DNA of 64,000 nt, taken from NCBI GenBank assembly GCA_020833415.1, contig JAJHQJ010000002.1, positions 3,840 to 67,839 of the forward strand, given 5' to 3'. The DNA is from Desulfurococcaceae archaeon (GTDB lineage: Archaea > Thermoproteota > Thermoprotei_A > Sulfolobales > NBVN01). Below, piece after piece: positions 56,788 through 64,000 of this stretch. The position numbers and the translations under genes were made by a program. The stretch's first letter is position 1, and the number at the start of each line of letters is the position of its first letter. The notes under the pieces are model-generated. The model made no database searches. It was not told where the DNA came from and saw nothing but the letters and a program-made list of their open reading frames with translations.

Positions 56788-57287
56788 AGATACTCGAAAT
56801 AGCCCTTAGAACCGGGCGTGTAACCCGTAGGTATCCGGTGGAGGAGCCTCTACTGACACCGGAGTTTAGGGGCTCTATAGAGGTGGACCCATCGAAGTGC
56901 TGGGGTTGTGGTGCCTGTACTAAGGTATGCCCCTCTAACGCTCTAACTCTAACACCCTCGGGTAAGGGCCTCGTTCTGGAGTACTTCGTTGGTAGGTGTG
57001 TATTCTGCGGTATGTGTGCTGAGGTATGCCCAGCTAAGGCTATAACGGTTACGAAGAAGTTCGAACTCGCCTCCAAGAACCTCAGGGACTTGAGGTCTAG
57101 GGTGGTCCACGAAGTACTACGCTGTAGTGTTTGTGGAGCACCTATCACAGCAGAGGCTGAGGTAAGGGCTGTAGTGAAGGTATCGCCCATAACTGAGGAG
57201 TACGTTGCCCTATGCCCTAGGTGTAGGAAGGAGAGGTTCACTAAGTCAGTAGCCCTTAGGATAGGTGCTAGCAGTGGACCTAGCTAA
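56775..57287 (+). CDS. HycF/NuoI-like 2x[4Fe-4S] subunit
   Basis: 170 aa; CWGCGACTKVCP and CVFCGMCAEVCP. Confidence 0.85.
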   Translation: MSLVKILEIALRTGRVTRRYPVEEPLLTPEFRGSIEVDPSKCWGCGACTKVCPSNALTLTPSGKGLVLEYFVGRCVFCGMCAEVCPAKAITVTKKFELASKNLRDLRSRVVHEVLRCSVCGAPITAEAEVRAVVKVSPITEEYVALCPRCRKERFTKSVALRIGASSGPS

Positions 57288-57765
57288 GGCTCTTAAAGCT
57301 ATTAGGAGGAGTATCTGGGTATACCACCTAAACAGCGGTTCATGCAACGCGTGTGATATAGAGGTTCTCGACGCACTAACACCCTACTTCGACGTCGAGA
57401 GGTTCGGGATAAAGCTAGTAGGGTCCCCTAGGCACGCTGACGTAGTTCTGTTTACGGGTCCGGTAACTAGGGAGTCCCTTCCTAAGGTCGTGAGGGCCCT
57501 CAAGGCTATGCCAAGGCCTAGACTACTCCTAGTCCTAGGGTCGTGCGGTGTTGGAGGGGGTATATGGTGGGATACCTATGCAACTATCGGGGGCTTCAGT
57601 AAGCTCGAGGAGATCCTCAGGGAGCAGGGTGTGGAGGTGGATAGAGTAGTCTACGTACCGGGTTGCCCGGTAAGGCCTGAGGCTATAATCTACGGTATAC
57701 TGGTTCTACTAGGTCTAGCTGAGCAGAAGGTTAGGGAGGTGGAGGTACACGCACCAGGAGGTTAA
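57265..57765 (+). CDS. HycG/NuoB-like hydrogenase small subunit
   Basis: 166 aa; GSCNACDIE...LGSCGVGGG...VPGCPVRPE. Confidence 0.85.
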   Translation: MLAVDLAKALKAIRRSIWVYHLNSGSCNACDIEVLDALTPYFDVERFGIKLVGSPRHADVVLFTGPVTRESLPKVVRALKAMPRPRLLLVLGSCGVGGGIWWDTYATIGGFSKLEEILREQGVEVDRVVYVPGCPVRPEAIIYGILVLLGLAEQKVREVEVHAPGG

Positions 57766-57796
57766 GGTCTACCTCTGCTCGGTAGAGGGTCTAGAG

Positions 57797-58006
57797 GTGT
57801 CCACCTACAGGCACGTACTAGCACCAATCTCGAGGTGTGAGTATAGGGGTAGTATTAGCATAGACTCACTACCCCCCGAGGTACGTGAGGAACTCCTAAA
57901 GAGGGGTGAGGTAATTCTAACCGAGCTCGATGAGAACCTAGCCAAGGTGCTGGGAGTCGATAACCTCAGTAACTATCAGTACATTAGGTTCTCCACCTAC
58001 GGTTAG
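57797..58006 (+). CDS. Hypothetical small protein
   Basis: 69-aa ORF after the hydrogenase genes; no family recognised. Confidence 0.4.
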   Translation: MSTYRHVLAPISRCEYRGSISIDSLPPEVREELLKRGEVILTELDENLAKVLGVDNLSNYQYIRFSTYG

Positions 58007-58011
58007 CGTCT

Positions 58012-58113
58012 CCCCACTAACGGTACCTGTACCTCCGTTAGTGGGGTTGGGTCTCGGTGTGGGTTCACCGGCGTCACCCACACCCCACGGACTCCGGTCG
58101 AGCCCAACCCCAC
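58012..58113. other. GC-rich structured element with two mutually exclusive hairpins
   Basis: Perfect 12-bp stem 58012-58023/58035-58046. Perfect 11-bp stem 58041-58051/58103-58113 enclosing a 9-bp hairpin 58056-58064/58076-58084. The GTGGGG at 58041-58046 is shared by both. Confidence 0.6.
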
Positions 58114-58222
58114 AGGGCCTCTACCTGAGTCTCCCTATGTCACCGCAGCGCGGTTCATCCGAGGAACTACAGTATGCAGAGGTGTTTAAACATCACCCTA
58201 TAGCATCAGGTACTCACAGCTA

Positions 58223-59413
58223 TTATAACTTACCGATAACCTTGTAATGGCCTAGTGTGAGGGCGGAGGCGATTAAGTGCCCGGTAACTGCTACTATAAT
58301 AACGTACTCGTAGCCTAGGTACGAGGCTAGTACCCCACTTAGAGTCGACCCAACTACACTCCCCAATTCGCTGAGTACTCCATAGAGGAACGTGTTAAGC
58401 CCTCCTGAGGAGTTTACGTAGATTACGTAGTTAGCTGCGTTAAATAGGTTGAATAGAGCTGATATGACTACTAAGTAGAGGAGGGCTACCTCAGCTCTAC
58501 TCAGCGTAAGGAGTGCGGGGATAACTACTCCCCTAGCTAGGGCAGCGACGGGGGCTACGGACCCGGATAGAGGGGCTTTAGATAAGGCTAGTATGATAAG
58601 GGAGGAGACCAGGGAGGAGAGTCCGTAGATGAGTACCGTAGCTGTAGAGCCTAGGTATCTGGATATTACGAGCGGTAGGACTACGGCTAGCGCGTCCGAG
58701 GAGGCTACAACTAGAAATGCTCCGAGGAGTGGTCGGTAGCTGGGTAACTCCCTACCTTCATCCCAGGTTGAACGCAGGATCTCTGAAGGCTCTAGACCCC
58801 CGTCGAGGACCTCCGGGAGTACTGCTGCTAGCTTAGCGTACCGGTAGAGGGAGTCGAGTCTCTTGGATATCCTAAAGAGGGTTCTCTCTACGGGTAGTAC
58901 TACAGGTGGGAGGAACCAGACGAATATGGCTGAGGCGGTGAGGGCTAGGATTATGAGGGACTCGGCAGTAAGGTAGTTGTAGGAGATTAGTACTAGGATT
59001 ACTCCCCTAATAGCTAGAGATGCGGAGTTCACTAGGTTATTGTAGAGACCCCAGCGGGAGCTCTCAACGTATTCCAGCAGTGTAACGCTAACCGAGACCC
59101 TACCTAGAGCTAGGGCTACAGCATGGAGGAGACAGTAGGATGTAGCTACATAGAGTAGATCCCTAGTAAGAGCTGGGGCTAGAAGGGAGAGTACTAGTAG
59201 AGCAGCTGAAACTGTTGCACCTAGTTTGTTGACCCCTTTCTCAACTACCTTGCATAACGTCAGGCTCACAACTATGAATATAACACTCCAGAGACTACTA
59301 ACAAGCCCTAGAACTACCGGGTCTGGTCTTATCTGCAGAGCTATGTACAGGTAGAGGTAGAGGTCGGTAAAGGATAGCAGGGCTAGGTAGACCGTAGCTG
59401 GGGCTAACCACAC
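58223..59413 (-). CDS. Polytopic membrane protein (MFS-like transporter?)
   Basis: 396 aa, many hydrophobic segments; family not firmly recognised. Confidence 0.5.
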   Translation of the reverse strand: MWLAPATVYLALLSFTDLYLYLYIALQIRPDPVVLGLVSSLWSVIFIVVSLTLCKVVEKGVNKLGATVSAALLVLSLLAPALTRDLLYVATSYCLLHAVALALGRVSVSVTLLEYVESSRWGLYNNLVNSASLAIRGVILVLISYNYLTAESLIILALTASAIFVWFLPPVVLPVERTLFRISKRLDSLYRYAKLAAVLPEVLDGGLEPSEILRSTWDEGRELPSYRPLLGAFLVVASSDALAVVLPLVISRYLGSTATVLIYGLSSLVSSLIILALSKAPLSGSVAPVAALARGVVIPALLTLSRAEVALLYLVVISALFNLFNAANYVIYVNSSGGLNTFLYGVLSELGSVVGSTLSGVLASYLGYEYVIIVAVTGHLIASALTLGHYKVIGKL

Positions 59414-59488
59414 GTAAGCCCCTTAAGCCACCTAGAGGGAGGTGTTCAGCTTTAAGCCTAACCCCTAATAGAGCTCGTAGTGTGAAGT

Positions 59489-60391
59489 ATGAGATGCAGC
59501 TACCGGGTTAGGAGGGCGGTCAACCCGCTCTGCTACGTTGCCCTAGTATCGGTTACCGTAGTACTGATCCTAGCACTCCTACTGGACTCTACGGAGTTGT
59601 GGATAGCTTTGACGAGTCTAGGTGAGGAAGTTGCGTACGTAGGGTTGGCCCTAGCTGTTGTATACCTACTGGACCCTCTGGTAGGGTTACTAACTCTAGG
59701 GATAGTGCTACTCTCCGGCTCCACTAACATACTCCTGAAGTACTCTCTAAACATCCCCAGACCCCCTCCCGAGTACTGGCGCGTCCCAGCGGAGGGTCCT
59801 GGGTTTCCAAGCGGTCATACCCAGGTATCTGCAAGCTTCTGGAGCGGGTTAGCTGTGCTGACTCCGCGTAAGTGTACGGTGCCACTAGCTTTAGTAATTC
59901 CCGTAGCTGTAGCTTCCTCGAGGGTAGCTCTGGGGGTTCATAGTATTGCCGACGTAGCGGGTGGTTACGCGATAGGGGTAGCTATATCAGTTACCTCAGC
60001 CTACCTAGAAAGGTGTTTAGGTGGAGGATCCGTACCGTTAGTCTACTCCCTAGCGTTAGCTGCATCGTCGATCAGTAGCTACCTAGGCTACGACCTCAGG
60101 ACCTCCTCCTCGACCCTAGGCCTCTCCCTCGGACTCCTCCTACTTACCCCAAGGGTTAAGCACTTCATACGTTCAGTACACTCTATGAGTCTAACTGAGA
60201 GGTTCCTAGCCTTAGTTACCTCAGCGACTATGTCTCTATCTGTACTCTACCTGAGCAGACCTGCGGGGTACGTAGCTAGGGCTTCAGCATACCTACTCCT
60301 AGCTCTAGCCTTATACACAGTACCGGTAGCTTTCAGAAGGGTTAGGGCTGGAGCCCTTCGCGACTGTATCAAGTTTCATAGAGGTTTATAA
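59489..60391 (+). CDS. PAP2-family membrane phosphatase
   Basis: 300 aa; KYSLNIPRPP, PSGH, SRVALGVHSIADV motifs. The last codons and stop lie in a TnpB mini-element. Confidence 0.8.
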   Translation: MRCSYRVRRAVNPLCYVALVSVTVVLILALLLDSTELWIALTSLGEEVAYVGLALAVVYLLDPLVGLLTLGIVLLSGSTNILLKYSLNIPRPPPEYWRVPAEGPGFPSGHTQVSASFWSGLAVLTPRKCTVPLALVIPVAVASSRVALGVHSIADVAGGYAIGVAISVTSAYLERCLGGGSVPLVYSLALAASSISSYLGYDLRTSSSTLGLSLGLLLLTPRVKHFIRSVHSMSLTERFLALVTSATMSLSVLYLSRPAGYVARASAYLLLALALYTVPVAFRRVRAGALRDCIKFHRGL

Positions 60392-60661
60392 GGGTTGTCG
60401 GTGCTTCCCTTATCGGGGAACCGCCTCGAGATGCGGGTATAGACCTAAGAGAGGCGTGTTTTGAGGGGGAGTCAGGATGCGGGGGTTTCCCCACAGCAAT
60501 GACCCTGAGAGAACGATGAGGGGGGAGCTGTGGGTAGGGGTTACCCCGAGGGGGTGGAGTCCTGTGATGTGGATCCCGATGAAAGGGGTCCCGAGGGCTG
60601 TGAAGCCAAGGGTAGAGGACTTGGTATCAAAGAATATCAAGCCCTATGAAACCTGAACTCC
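60373..60661 (+). mobile_element. Internally deleted TnpB-type element, divergent copy 3
   Basis: Starts GTTTCATAGAGGTTTATAAGGGTTG (as at 6737) and ends ...CCTATGAAACCTGAACTCC (as ...GAGCTGAACTCC). The GC-rich hairpin-rich interior contains GGGGGTTTCCCC and GGGGTTACCCC. Confidence 0.6.
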
Positions 60662-60666
60662 GACTA

Positions 60667-61566
60667 CTAGACCTCTCTAGGTAGCTTTACAGACTCCCTC
60701 AGTAGCTCTAGGAAGCTCCGCTTAGGCTCCTTTGGTGTGGTGAACTCTATAACGAGCTCCACTACGCTGGGGGTTGAGAGCTTTACTGAGTCAGCTATAT
60801 ACGACCTTATCTCCTCAAGCTCACCGAGTTTTGTTGAGGGGTCTACCTCGAGCTGTAGTAGTATGAAGTACCTACCAGGTTCTAGGACTAGGGATCTCAC
60901 ACTATTTACGTCTAATACCCTGGGGTCGGAGAGAGCTACCTTAACTACCCTACCTACAACATCCCTAGGGGCTGAGATCCCTAGGAGTGTAACTACGTAT
61001 CTATAGCCTAAGCTAGCTGAGGATAAGGCTATTACAGTAGCTACAGCGAACGCCCCGTAGCCGTCGATCAGCGGGTTCCCCGAGGATATGGCGACTACTG
61101 TTGCGATGTCTCCGAGAGTATCAGCTAGGTTCTCGGCTACAGTAGCTGTAAGTGCTGGGTGCTTACCAGTACTCCTACTCTCCCTAACGGCGTCTACCAG
61201 GACTAGGATGTTAAGGGTTAGGGATAGGTACATCAGGTACCTAGAGGTTTCGGAGACCTCAACTACGGGGTTAGCCAATCTGCTAATACCCTCACTAACA
61301 GCTCCTAGAAAGAGGTATGCTACAGCTAAAACTATAGCAGCAAAGCCTGTTACGTAGATAGCTCTACCGTAGCCGAAGGGGTACCTCAGGGAGGGTCTAA
61401 GCCTCTGTACAGCTATGCCCAGAGCTATGAGTCCTGAGAATGTGAGGTCGGCTAGTGAGTGGAGGAGTGAGGCGTCTATGGAGGCTGATACCGAGTTTAT
61501 GCTTGCAAAGTACTTCAGTAGGACTAATACAACATTAACTGCTAGCCCTAGGTATACGGGTCTCAA
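60667..61566 (-). CDS. Cation diffusion facilitator (CDF) family transporter
   Basis: 299 aa; ...HSLADLTFSG...LADTLGDIATVV... plus a C-terminal cytoplasmic domain. Confidence 0.8.
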   Translation of the reverse strand: MRPVYLGLAVNVVLVLLKYFASINSVSASIDASLLHSLADLTFSGLIALGIAVQRLRPSLRYPFGYGRAIYVTGFAAIVLAVAYLFLGAVSEGISRLANPVVEVSETSRYLMYLSLTLNILVLVDAVRESRSTGKHPALTATVAENLADTLGDIATVVAISSGNPLIDGYGAFAVATVIALSSASLGYRYVVTLLGISAPRDVVGRVVKVALSDPRVLDVNSVRSLVLEPGRYFILLQLEVDPSTKLGELEEIRSYIADSVKLSTPSVVELVIEFTTPKEPKRSFLELLRESVKLPREV

Positions 61567-61782
61567 CTTAGGCTCCCAACCCCCTTACAGTATCTGAGGG
61601 AGTAGGTAGGAGGCTTCAGCCACGTAGTTAGACCCTTAGCTACGGGTTCGGGGTATCCGCGTACCCTATAAACCGTTCTCAGTGCTACACTCTCTAAGCT
61701 AGCCCCCCGGAGCCCGTCTACGGCAGGCTATTAAGCTTTAAACCTGGGGAAGCGCTAGGCCGAGAACGGTTAGTAGAGTACA

Positions 61783-61792
61783 GCTTATAACC
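61783..61792 (+). promoter_or_regulatory. TATA-like box (GCTTATAACC) upstream of moeA
   Basis: About 36 nt upstream of the point where MoeA homology begins. Confidence 0.4.
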
Positions 61793-61822
61793 TGTTGCAG
61801 AGAGCTCACCCCGGGGCTATCC

Positions 61823-63784
61823 ACGGCTAGGGTATTCCATAGACTAGTATCCCTAGAGGAGGCCTACGAGATCCTGAGTGAGTACGTTAGGCTTAGACCC
61901 GTAGAGGTGGAGGAGGTAGACCTCGTGAACGCCTCCGGGAGGGTTCTAGCCGAAGATGTAGTAGCACTATACGATTACCCCCCATTTGATAGGTCTGAGG
62001 TAGACGGCTACGCTGTTCTCTCAAGTGATGTTGCTGGAGTGGACGAGGAGAGGCCTGCAGTACTTAGGGCTGTAGGCTCGGTGGGTATAGGTGAGGTACC
62101 GAAGTTCTCACTAAGTAGTGGGGAGTGTGCTGAGGTATCTACCGGGTCTATACTACCTAGGGGGGCTGATGCCGTTGTACCTGTTGAGTACACTAAGCGC
62201 GTAGGGGACCTAGTCTACGTCTACAGACCCGTAGCCCCCGGGGAGAACGTAGCCCAGGCAGGTTCCGACGTACTAGCCGGCGACGTACTCCTAACTAGGG
62301 GTACTGTACTAGGCCCGGTCGAGCTGGCGCTACTAGCCTCCTCAGGTATAGCTAGGGTGAGGGTCTACAGGAGGGTTAGGGTAGGTATAGTATCGATCGG
62401 GGACGAGCTGGTAGAGCCCGGGAGGGGGCTCGAGTTGGGTAAGGTATTCGATACCAACTCCTACTACCTCTACTCATCCGTGAGGGAACTCGGTGCAGAG
62501 CCCGTACTCTACGGTATCGTAGGGGACGATGAGGTAGCTCTGGAGAGGGTACTGAGGAGGGCTCTGGAGGAGTGCGATATCGTTATAACCAGCGGCGGGA
62601 CGTCGGCGGGTGTAGGTGACGTAACCTACAGGGTCGTTGAGAGGCTTAGCGGCGGGGTACTCCTATTCCACGGACTTAAGGTGAGGCCCGGTAAGCCCAC
62701 CTTCGCAGCAGTCGCCGGGGGCAAGCTAATCGTAGGGCTCCCGGGGTTCCCGCTCTCGCAGATGATGATCTTCAACGTACTTGTGAGACCGATCCTAGCC
62801 AGGCTCCTAGGCTATACCGAGCCCCGGACCACGGTGAGGGCTACACTAGCCGAGAGGGTCCTAGGCTACCTGGGGGTCACGAGGCTTGTCCCGGTAGTAC
62901 TTAGGAGGGGCCCCGGGGGTTACGTAGCCTACCCACTTAGCTACAGGTCCGGCTCTACGAGCGTCCTACAGGTAGCTGACGGGTTCGTAAGGGTTGAGGG
63001 CTCCGTACCGTTCATAGAGGAGGGTGCTGAGGTGGAGGTGTTCAGACTCCACACTAAGTGGTTAGCCGACCTAGTGGCCATAGGTAGCCACGACTACCTA
63101 CTCAGCGAGGTCTTCAGGGAGCTCAGTAGGAGCTTTACTGTTAAGTACGTGCCTGTAGGGTCTCTAGCGGGGCTGGAGGCCGTAGCTAAGGGGGTGGCGG
63201 ACCTAGGGGGCGTGCACGTACTCGACGCAGAGAGTGGGGAGTATAACGTACCGGTAGTTAGGAAGTTGGGATATGGAGATAGGGTAGCACTTATCGCGGG
63301 GTATACCCGTGAGGTAGGGCTGGCTATCGCTAGGGGGAACCCCAAGGGTATTAAAGGTCTGCGGGACCTACTTAGGGAGGATGTAGTCTTCGTTAATAGG
63401 ACTCGCTATAGCGGTATAAGGGTACTCGTAGATACCTACCTAGAGAGACTAGCCCAGGAACTTGGGATTACATTTGAGGAGCTTACCCGTAGGATAAGGG
63501 GGTACTACACTGAGGCTAGAACCCATAGTGGTGTAGCCCTAAGTGTACTAAGCGGTAGAGCTGATGTAGGGGTAACCCTAAGGTACGTAGCTGTAAGGTA
63601 CGGACTGGACTTCATACCACTGGCCTCCGAGAGATTCGATATAGCTGTCAACATTCAGTCCCTTAAGAAGAGGGAGGTGAAGTTACTCATAGACTACCTA
63701 CGCTCAGATAACTTTAAGAAACTAGTGGAGAGGTTCCCGGGTTACCGGCTAGCTGAGAGAACAGGAGAACTCGTAGTAATCTAA
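61823..63784 (+). CDS. moeA: MoeA (molybdopterin molybdenumtransferase) fused to a C-terminal periplasmic-binding-protein-like domain, start uncertain
   Basis: The track ORF starts at GTG 61907. The upstream in-frame ARVFHRLVSLEEAYEILSEYVRLRPVEV matches the conserved MoeA N-terminus, but that stretch holds no ATG/GTG/TTG. ACG 61823 is a candidate. Confidence 0.85.
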   Translation, partial: TARVFHRLVSLEEAYEILSEYVRLRPVEVEEVDLVNASGRVLAEDVVALYDYPPFDRSEVDGYAVLSSDVAGVDEERPAVLRAVGSVGIGEVPKFSLSSGECAEVSTGSILPRGADAVVPVEYTKRVGDLVYVYRPVAPGENVAQAGSDVLAGDVLLTRGTVLGPVELALLASSGIARVRVYRRVRVGIVSIGDELVEPGRGLELGKVFDTNSYYLYSSVRELGAEPVLYGIVGDDEVALERVLRRALEECDIVITSGGTSAGVGDVTYRVVERLSGGVLLFHGLKVRPGKPTFAAVAGGKLIVGLPGFPLSQMMIFNVLVRPILARLLGYTEPRTTVRATLAERVLGYLGVTRLVPVVLRRGPGGYVAYPLSYRSGSTSVLQVADGFVRVEGSVPFIEEGAEVEVFRLHTKWLADLVAIGSHDYLLSEVFRELSRSFTVKYVPVGSLAGLEAVAKGVADLGGVHVLDAESGEYNVPVVRKLGYGDRVALIAGYTREVGLAIARGNPKGIKGLRDLLREDVVFVNRTRYSGIRVLVDTYLERLAQELGITFEELTRRIRGYYTEARTHSGVALSVLSGRADVGVTLRYVAVRYGLDFIPLASERFDIAVNIQSLKKREVKLLIDYLRSDNFKKLVERFPGYRLAERTGELVVI

Positions 63785-63935
63785 GAACCTGAGCCTCAAG
63801 ATTACCGCGAAGATAGCTTAAAGTTGGTTGAATAATGCCTTAGTATATCTGCTATACGTTATCGCACATAGTGCGGTAAGTACCGTAAAAATTTATTAAG
63901 CCAAATCTATCTCAAGTATTTGAGGGGTGTATCTG

Positions 63936-64000
63936 TGAAGGCCCCCAAGGGTGTTGTAATAGCTATAGCTCTGCTAGTAGTAATATTAGTGATCTCAGTA
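63936..64000 (+). CDS. Start of a membrane/secreted protein (truncated by window end)
   Basis: GTG then KAPKGVVIAIALLVVILVISV, a hydrophobic signal/anchor. An AT-rich TATA-like region lies about 40 nt upstream. Confidence 0.35.

Overview
This looks like a 64-kb chromosomal segment of a hyperthermophilic crenarchaeon (Desulfurococcales/Thermoprotei-like gene content, a judgement from gene families only). It is dominated by conserved information-processing operons. These are the S10-spc ribosomal cluster (here broken and turned head-to-head), rpoH-rpoB-rpoA1-rpoA2-rpl30e-nusA-rps12, thermosome, trm1, rtcB, rpl24e/rps28e/ndk, nob1/NAD kinase/archaemetzincin, and Moco genes (a moaD-moaE fusion and moeA). 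The window also holds three tandem CBS-domain proteins with an AmmeMemoRadiSam-type radical SAM enzyme, a DAACS transporter, and an 11-kb Mrp antiporter plus formate-hydrogenlyase-type group 4 [NiFe]-hydrogenase cluster. In that cluster a GltD/SudA-like flavoprotein sits where a substrate dehydrogenase is expected. I found no rRNA, convincing tRNA or CRISPR array. The most unusual content is non-coding and mobile. (1) A dense family of about 40-bp imperfect-palindrome elements and about 245-bp long forms, flanked on one side by TTAC. One copy interrupts a TnpB pseudogene, so the family is or was mobile (REP/PATE-like, IS200/IS605-style). (2) One intact stand-alone TnpB, several decayed copies, and at least three internally deleted mini-elements that keep only the left end and the omega-RNA-like right end. 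(3) Ends of both element families supply the last codons and stop codons of host genes. At least six conserved genes have homologous N-terminal coding sequence upstream of any ATG/GTG/TTG. All functional assignments come from reading the translations, with no database search.
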